DNA of 64,000 bases from positions 1,107 through 65,106 of IMG/VR virus record IMGVR_UViG_3300031852_000001. One strand, 5' to 3'. The notes below the pieces were generated by a model, which searched no databases, was not told the DNA's origin, and saw only the letters and a list, made by a program, of their open reading frames with translations. The position numbers and the translations under genes are program-made. The stretch comes from a virus. Taxonomy: Duplodnaviria > Caudoviricetes. Positions 58,049 to 64,000 of this stretch are shown one piece after another; position 1 is the stretch's first letter, and every line of letters starts with the position of its first letter.

Positions 58049-58207
58049 TTAGTTCAAGCTCCCATCCCCGTTGATATCCCCAAAGTCCACGGCATACCGC
58101 CCTACCCAGTACGGATCAGTAGTGCCATAGCTTGACTGGCAATCATCCTCGCCAGCCTCCCGGAGCATTATGTCCCCAAGCTCCACGAATGACTTACCCG
58201 ATGCCAT
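58049..58207 (-). CDS. 52-aa hypothetical protein (not in ORF track)
   Basis: MASGKSFVELGD...; starts 3 nt after clamp stop. Confidence 0.45.
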   Translation of the reverse strand: MASGKSFVELGDIMLREAGEDDCQSSYGTTDPYWVGRYAVDFGDINGDGSLN

Positions 58208-58210
58208 GAC

Positions 58211-59452
58211 CTACGCACCCGGCAGACGTACGGGCATCAGCAGGTGGGAGATATCGGCCTGACCCGCTGCCTCGAACATGGCAGGCTTGGGAGCCGTGGT
58301 GTGGTGGATCTGGACTACCTGCCCTTTCATGTCCTTGAGGATATCGATCAGGTAGTGCGGGTTGAATGCCACGGCAAACCCACGCTGCCCACGTTCGGCG
58401 TGGTACGGCATGAACGCCTGGGCTTGAGCATCCTCACCCGTGCCAGCATCCACCCGCAGTGAGTCAATGCCGTTGTATGTCAGGCGGACCGGAGTGTTAC
58501 GTTCGGCCGTGACTGCCACACTCTGGACATTGGCCAGCAGCAGGTCAGCATCCATTTCAAACACGATGGGCGTGGTGTCCGGGAACAGGCTCCGGATCTT
58601 GGGGTAGTCCCCATCCACGGCCAGCGTACCCAAGCTCACGTCGCCCTGGTGGAAGCTCACACGGTACCCGTAGCCAGCCATGGCCTCATGGAAGTGCAGC
58701 TCAATCCTGCCACCCTTGGGGGACAGGTGACGCTTGAATGCCTTCCACGTCTTGGACCGGACCAGCACGGAGTACTCGCCAGCGTAGTCATGCTCACCAA
58801 GGGGACGCTCGATGAACAACTCAGCCAGAGTCAGCCGGTAGCGGTCAGTTGACAGCAAGGTCATCTCACGCCCCTTGACCTCAATCTTGATGCCGGTCAG
58901 GATCGGCAGGGTGTCATCCGTGGATGCACTAATCATGGCCGAATCCATGCGTCGGATGAACTCGGCAGCATCCACCGCAACCCACGTATCGCACTCCATG
59001 CTGGGCTGGACAGGGTACATTTCATCGTCCATGGGAGCCAAGGTGAACGTGGTTCCGTTGACATTGACCAGCACCTTAGTAGGCTCCAGCTCAAGCCTTT
59101 CCTGGCTAATGGTGACCTGCCATGCATCGCTCACCCGCTTGGTGGCACGCTTGCCCGCCGCAACCAAGATATCCAGCAGCATCTTGTGGTTGACCAGCGT
59201 CGAACGGTTGGCCGAACCGCTGGCACCGCTGACCTCGATCAGGGTTGCAGTCTCATAGTCGAACCGCGACACCGACACTACGCCCAGGGAATCGGCAGCG
59301 ATCTTGACACCTGCCAGCACCGGCACCGGGACGCGGGTAGCAATGCCAGCGCCAGCAGCCTTGACAGCGGCGATCCATGCACCCAGCGAGCCCGTAGCGG
59401 TGAACGTGGTTACTGCTACAGCGGACGGAGTTTCAACGGTGGTTACAGACAT
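58211..59452 (-). CDS. dnaN: DNA polymerase III sliding clamp (beta)
   Basis: ASTDDTLPILTG, TDRYRL, GDYPKIRSLFP, AFNPHYL, LLMPVRLPG. Confidence 0.9.
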   Translation of the reverse strand: MSVTTVETPSAVAVTTFTATGSLGAWIAAVKAAGAGIATRVPVPVLAGVKIAADSLGVVSVSRFDYETATLIEVSGASGSANRSTLVNHKMLLDILVAAGKRATKRVSDAWQVTISQERLELEPTKVLVNVNGTTFTLAPMDDEMYPVQPSMECDTWVAVDAAEFIRRMDSAMISASTDDTLPILTGIKIEVKGREMTLLSTDRYRLTLAELFIERPLGEHDYAGEYSVLVRSKTWKAFKRHLSPKGGRIELHFHEAMAGYGYRVSFHQGDVSLGTLAVDGDYPKIRSLFPDTTPIVFEMDADLLLANVQSVAVTAERNTPVRLTYNGIDSLRVDAGTGEDAQAQAFMPYHAERGQRGFAVAFNPHYLIDILKDMKGQVVQIHHTTAPKPAMFEAAGQADISHLLMPVRLPGA

Positions 59453-59498
59453 GGTTATCTCCTTGAAGATTGTTTGTGTGTTTGTGTTGACTCATCGA

Positions 59499-59540
59499 GC
59501 CATACCGGCCCACGGGTGTCCCGTGGACCAGTAAAGCTAG
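59499..59540 (-). other. Conserved intercistronic RNA stem, copy C
   Basis: CUAGCUU-UACUGGUCCACGGG/CCCGUGGGCCGGUA-UGGC. Confidence 0.65.
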
Positions 59541-59541
59541 A

Positions 59542-59733
59542 TCAGTAGACGTCGTTGAAGCAGTAGGCGTCCAGCACTTCCCCCGTGTCCGGATCCAGCG
59601 TGATCCGCCAATCTGACACATGCTCATCCTTGAAGCTCACCCGGTAGTTGCCACCCTCGATGACCTCGAACGATTCCACGGCATCCGATCCACCGTCTGA
59701 AAAGTACGCTTGCAGTGCTGCCATAAGTTCCAT
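59542..59733 (-). CDS. Hypothetical protein
   Basis: AC-rich leader plus AAGGGG. Confidence 0.6.
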   Translation of the reverse strand: MELMAALQAYFSDGGSDAVESFEVIEGGNYRVSFKDEHVSDWRITLDPDTGEVLDAYCFNDVY

Positions 59734-59771
59734 GCTGACCCCTTGAGGTTGTTTGTTTGTTTGTAGTAGCT

Positions 59772-59800
59772 ACTCTAGTACGTAACTAAGTAACTGTCAA
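59772..59800 (-). promoter_or_regulatory. SigA-type promoter
   Basis: TTGACA-17-TAGAGT. Confidence 0.8.
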
Positions 59801-59983
59801 TTACAGCGATGCGAGATAAGCCATGAACCCATCCCAGTTGGCAACCATCGCCCACACCACGCCCGGTATCGTCAGGATGACACCAGCGGCGCACGTTGCA
59901 TCCAGTTTGGACACCCCTTGCATATCCCGTTCAACCGACACCCGGACCCGTTCAACCCGTTCCCGCAGTTCAAGCAGCATCAT
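59801..59983 (-). CDS. Small membrane protein
   Basis: TGATG coupling; C-terminal TM. Confidence 0.5.
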   Translation of the reverse strand: MMLLELRERVERVRVSVERDMQGVSKLDATCAAGVILTIPGVVWAMVANWDGFMAYLASL

Positions 59984-60540
59984 TACTGACCCACCTGCAT
60001 CCGGCCAGCCTCAGATACGGTCAGGTTGAATACGCCAGCGTAGTACTCGCACTGACCCTGAGTCTCGCCACGGTCCCCAAGCCATGCCACAACCACCTTG
60101 CCATCGCGGCCAGTCTCGTTAGCACGGGACAGGTGGAGCAACTTAGCAGGCTCACCTCGGAAGCTGAGCACAGTATCCCCAATAGCCACCTCACGCTTGC
60201 AATCATCGTGAGCAACCAATGCCGGCTTTGTGGCAGGACGCTTAGCCAGGGTAAGACGCGGTTCCCCGGCCCGGACCAGTCCTGAGGCCTCGATGACCTC
60301 ACTGGCAGACAGTTCCCCGGCATCGATCATTGCCTGACGTTCGGCCGGATCCAGCGACATGATCCATTCGGCATCCTTCCTAGCACGGTAGGCAAACACT
60401 GCCTGGACTTCTTCAAGTGTGGCATGGAAGTACTCATCAGCGGACTCAGAGTAGTAACCATCCGTGCCAGTCATGGCAGCGAGTGCATCATCCGTGAAGC
60501 AAGCGAGTTCTTCAATGCGATCCTGAGAAATTTCTGACAT
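59983..60540 (-). CDS. First early-operon protein, hypothetical
   Basis: GDTVLSFRGE..KLL motif; RBS GGTGG. Confidence 0.6.
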   Translation of the reverse strand: MSEISQDRIEELACFTDDALAAMTGTDGYYSESADEYFHATLEEVQAVFAYRARKDAEWIMSLDPAERQAMIDAGELSASEVIEASGLVRAGEPRLTLAKRPATKPALVAHDDCKREVAIGDTVLSFRGEPAKLLHLSRANETGRDGKVVVAWLGDRGETQGQCEYYAGVFNLTVSEAGRMQVGQ

Positions 60541-60639
60541 GGTAACCACCATTCCCTTGAGTTTGTGTGTTTGTGTTGAATCCATAGATTCAAGGAAGCT
60601 CATGCTATCTGCCGTCCAGCCATTACTGGCCACTAATCG

Positions 60640-61275
60640 ATGGAACCTAATCCATATACAGACACCATGAGCAACCTAAATGCTATGCGTTCATTGTTTG
60701 TTTGTTTGCGGATACTGTCACTATCCAATTTTCAGAGTACCAACGCGCCTCGGAGGGCTTTTGCGTCTGGCTTTTATCCAGTAGGCAGTATTGTTCGCTA
60801 CGCAACTTACCTACATCAGAGATTCCACCTAGGGATTCTCTACTCTGGCTCTCTCGTTCCCATGCCGTTGCCTAACGCTTGCACTCACAGATCCGCTACA
60901 GACTTGCTATCCGGGCAGCTACGTCGTTTATCTAGGGGAATACTTTCACGCTACTAGCACTAGCCAGCGGGAGCCTGTATCGATAGTTCAGCTTACGAGG
61001 GTATCCCCGTATGGAAGCACCTAGCTATCACTCCTGTATCCCCCATGTATCACTTGGGGAGCCTTATTCAATTCTCAAACAACATGCGATTGAAGGAAAG
61101 TTTACCTAGCGATCAATCCCAGAGATACCCCCGGCCCAGATCATTGCTAGTACACCTACCCAACTACGCCCTACTTTTGTTCTGCTATTGGGACAGACAC
61201 CCTACCGTTCGGTAGCCCGCTAATCTGAGGCTCATAGCTGCCGTAAAAAACTTTTGGTTCCCGTGAGAACCGGTG
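60640..61275 (-). ncRNA. Candidate long structured leader / ncRNA
   Basis: No convincing ORF; several long stems with G-U pairs on minus strand. Confidence 0.45.
61064..61084 (-). promoter_or_regulatory. rrn boxA-like sequence
   Basis: TGTTGTTTGAGAATTGAATAA vs actinobacterial rrn leader TGTTGTTTGAGAACTCAATAG (recalled). Confidence 0.55.
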
Positions 61276-61280
61276 TTGCT

Positions 61281-61320
61281 GTTACTACTGTACCACACTT
61301 ACTGAACTACTTACTTACTT
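61281..61320 (-). promoter_or_regulatory. Early promoter P1 (extended -10)
   Basis: TGTGG-TACAGT; upstream (AAGT)3; 20-bp identity with P2. Confidence 0.65.
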
Positions 61321-61455
61321 AGCTAGACTGGCCAGAACTCCAACGTAGGGTTGGTAGTTTAGTCTCATGCAGCAGCTTCCCGTAGGTTGCCGGAGCATCC
61401 ACCCCTTGCAGGGTGGGATCTGTGAGCCCTGCCGGATATCCGGCCTGTCTTGCTG

Positions 61456-61490
61456 GTTACTACTGTACCACACTTGCTACTTACTTACTT
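61456..61490 (-). promoter_or_regulatory. Early promoter P2 (extended -10)
   Basis: Same 20-bp core and (AAGT)3. Confidence 0.65.
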
Positions 61491-61886
61491 ACCGGTTTAG
61501 CGGGGTCTTTCCACCGTTTGCCGCCTGCTGCCCTGTAGGTCTATGAGGTCTGGCTTTATGAGTGGCGAGTGCCGCCTGTACCGATATGACTAGCTTAGCA
61601 CTTACTTAGCTACTTACCTAATCGGCTGGCCTGCCCTGTCCTAGCGGCTGGCCTGTCCGGCCGGTCCTGCTGGCCTGACATCAACTAATCTACGCCGATG
61701 CTAAGTTACTCTCCAGTAGGTTACGTTTTATTACGTAACTACTCCACTACGTAGTTAGTCCTTAGCTCTAACGCATGTAGCGCGCGATCTTAGTGCATGG
61801 ATATGGATTGTGTCAAGCCCATGCATGGTTATGCATACCAATGCATAAGTATTCGGCCGGCATTGATCCTACTTGACAGTAACAAG

Positions 61887-61950
61887 GGTGGGGGGGTATA
61901 ACCCCGCGCGCGCACGCTGGCCCCCCGGTGGTTGTTAGCACCCCCCATCG
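61887..61950. other. Candidate cos region / physical genome end
   Basis: G7 and C6 runs flanking CGGTGGTTGTT; transcription diverges here. Confidence 0.4.
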
Positions 61951-62508
61951 CGTACGGGTTCAGAAGTTTCGGGGAAGGCATCCTGGGCTCGCCAAGGCTG
62001 TGTCCTGGTGAATAGTTATGCATCGCGGTTCCCGCGTAATCTCAGGGATCTTCATGCTTCCGTCCTGGCATTCCGGGTGCCGGCTAAGGCCGGCTGCAGC
62101 GGGGGGAACTTTGGGGGTATTTAGGTGCCTGGCCGGGGAGCGGTTGCCCTGGCTGGGGAGCAGGGGCTTTCGCAGTTGGATCCGGCCAAGCGGTATCAGT
62201 ATGCCACATTGGTTGACGGTTGGTTGACTGGAGAGTGTGACGACGATCACACGAGTAAAGTGTGCGCAAACCCCGATGTGAACACTCTTATACATAGTGA
62301 GAGGGGGGATAAGGGGGGAGAGCCCGGTGAGCGATAGCGAACCCACGCGGCCCCCTGGAGGGCCGCTTACCGGCCGACCGACCGATAGTAGAACCGCGTA
62401 GCCCAAGCGGAGCGGATCTACGCTGTGGCTTCGATCCACTCCGACCGATGTGTAGCAGCGCTACACCAACCCGGTGTGTTTGAGGTTCTTTAGTGCGGTT
62501 CCTTACCT

Positions 62509-62574
62509 AGCCATGGAAATCCTTCAGCCATGGACCATACCTCTCACTCAGCCATGGAACTAACCCAGCCATGG
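62509..62574 (+). repeat. Four AGCCATGG direct repeats
   Basis: At 62509, 62526, 62550, 62567. Confidence 0.75.
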
Positions 62575-62907
62575 TTCCCACCAGTTGCACTCCCATGTAA
62601 ATCGGTCTTAGCCAAGGAAACTTCCACTCCTTCCGTCCCTGGCTTTGTTGACGTCTTGGTTCCGAGTCCTGGTGGGTAAGCTTCCACCCCCGCTAACACG
62701 GCCGGCCAATGAAACCGGGTCCGTGGGGGTGGTCCTCTTTCCGGGGGGATAGCGGCAGTCGCGCAATGAAGCGGACAGCCCGCCCCCTGGGATCTAAACC
62801 CGGTACCGCCGCACCAGCGGCCCAGGGCCGGTCTTATACTCTCGCATCTGCTCATAGGCGCGGGAGCGCCGGCCACATTGGGATGATGCCCCTGGAGGCC
62901 GGCACAC

Positions 62908-62980
62908 GTTGAGGTAGCTCAGTTGGTAGAGCAGCGGTCTCCAAAACCGCAGGTCGTAGGTTCGAGCCCTGCCCGCAGCG
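62908..62980 (+). tRNA. tRNA-Trp(CCA)
   Basis: Cloverleaf; GCGGT-CT CCA AA-ACCGC; TTCGA loop; no encoded CCA. Confidence 0.9.
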
Positions 62981-63222
62981 CGAAGGTTGAGTTTGCACAA
63001 TCAGCCGAACATGGTTTAGTGTATATATCGCTGGTCCTTATCAGGGAGTCCTCCAAAACGCTCCCGTCATCTTCTATCAATTTACCTACTAAACAATTGT
63101 TTGACGCGGGGGGACCAGTACATTAGTTCGAAGCTAATAGAGGTGGGGAGTAGTTACCCCGAATGCAATAAGCAACAAGGTCACTAGGAACTGAGACGCC
63201 TGGTGGCCTTTGTTGTATCCAA

Positions 63223-63296
63223 GCCCCCTTAGCTCATCATGGCAGAGCGCCGATCTTGTAAATCGGAAGTGACTGGTTCGACACCAGTAGGCGGCA
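63223..63296 (+). tRNA. tRNA-Thr(TGT)
   Basis: CCGAT-CT TGT AA-ATCGG; TTCGA loop. Confidence 0.9.
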
Positions 63297-63345
63297 CTCG
63301 GGCGGGAGGTATCCAGATAGAAACGGTACGTCCCGCCCGGATCAA

Positions 63346-63418
63346 TCGTTACTAGCTCAATCGGCAGAGCACGCGACTGTTAATCGCGCGGTTCCTGGTT
63401 CAAGTCCAGGGTGGCGAG
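63346..63418 (+). tRNA. tRNA-Asn(GTT)
   Basis: CGCGA-CT GTT AA-TCGCG; TTCAA loop. Confidence 0.92.
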
Positions 63419-63423
63419 CAAAC

Positions 63424-63460
63424 AAAAAGACCCCCACGTTTCCACTCGCGGGGGTCTTTC
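63424..63460. terminator. Terminator after tRNA cluster
   Basis: AAAGACCCCC/GGGGGTCTTT. Confidence 0.75.
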
Positions 63461-63513
63461 TGCTACTACGGAATCATCCTGCAATTCAGCAACGTTGTGC
63501 CCGTTTCTGATAT

Positions 63514-63999
63514 TTACCCCTCAAGAGTACCACGTTCATTGAATGAGCCAACAATGCGCTCAAACTCTTCCTTCTCCCGCTCCAACCGCTGCGCTTCATT
63601 GCGCTCCCGGCGCAAGCGCTTGATTGCCTTGAGGGTCTGGATTGTCGCGTAGCCATACGCCGCCGCAATGACGGTGGTAAAGGCATCGCTCCAGTCCCAA
63701 TTCCACATGAACAGGGACAGGGTAAGCGTGAACAACTGCAGCAGGGTCACGGCCCCCATGAGCCCCAGGTTCCAGTAAGCGAGCTTGAGGGTTCGCGGAT
63801 TGGTAAAGGCCTGCTTCAGGAAGTGAACGAACACCGGAAACCCGGTCTTACCGCCCTGGGCTTGTACGAATGCGATGGCCGCGTAGTGGCCCATCCTGGC
63901 GTACGACTCATTGGGGAACGCCGTGAGCATGTTCGGGTGGTTTTCGCTGTGGATGAACGTTGAGAACGGGCATGGCATCGGCGCTTCACCACGGGCCAT
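63514..63999 (-). CDS. Membrane protein with C-terminal coiled coil (start uncertain, window edge)
   Basis: Two TM segments. Confidence 0.55.
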   Translation of the reverse strand: MARGEAPMPCPFSTFIHSENHPNMLTAFPNESYARMGHYAAIAFVQAQGGKTGFPVFVHFLKQAFTNPRTLKLAYWNLGLMGAVTLLQLFTLTLSLFMWNWDWSDAFTTVIAAAYGYATIQTLKAIKRLRRERNEAQRLEREKEEFERIVGSFNERGTLEG

Positions 64000-64000
64000 G

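Noticed and set aside
60850-60900. CUGUGAG as a hammerhead core
   Set aside because: Lacks CUGAUGA and a correctly placed GAAA
60640-60957. ORF-track 105-aa + strand ORF
   Set aside because: Antisense to the early leader, no RBS, atypical composition
62509-62617. AGCCATGG repeats as a CRISPR array
   Set aside because: Repeats are 8 bp with 9-16 bp spacers and there are no cas genes
63020-63040. Weak copy of the TGTC..TATAT motif near tRNA-Trp
   Set aside because: Too degenerate (GGACCAGCGATATAT) to count
62908-63418. tRNA as attP core
   Set aside because: No integrase visible and no duplicated 3' half

Overview
Nearly the whole genome of a temperate, GC-rich actinobacterial siphophage. 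The host is probably Arthrobacter/Micrococcaceae-like (inferred from the amidase-LysM lysin, absence of lysin B, and actinobacterial-type NrdF and DnaN). Its architecture resembles mycobacteriophage cluster A and Streptomyces BD phages. The rightward structural and lysis arm spans 1-26.6 kb. The leftward replication, metabolism and early arm spans 26.8-60.6 kb and contains a small rightward gene island at 40.2-42.9 kb. A non-coding control region with the probable genome end lies at 60.6-62.9 kb, followed by three tRNAs. No integrase, DNA polymerase or protelomerase is visible. Instead there is RepA with an internal DnaA box, a candidate antisense RNA, type Ib ParA plus an RHH ParB flanked by 8-bp-periodic repeats, and an L5 gp71-like repressor, which together suggest a plasmid prophage. 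The most striking signals are post-transcriptional. The terminase Walker A is interrupted by 8 nt with a matched GGU-stop-GGC hop geometry. Three genes appear to start at near-cognate codons (ATC, ATT, ACG). There is a 6C-like double C-loop small RNA, an rrn-boxA-like sequence in a long structured early leader, three covarying intercistronic stems, and shared C-terminal peptide tags on tandem proteins. All protein calls are by motif recognition from memory; no searches were run.
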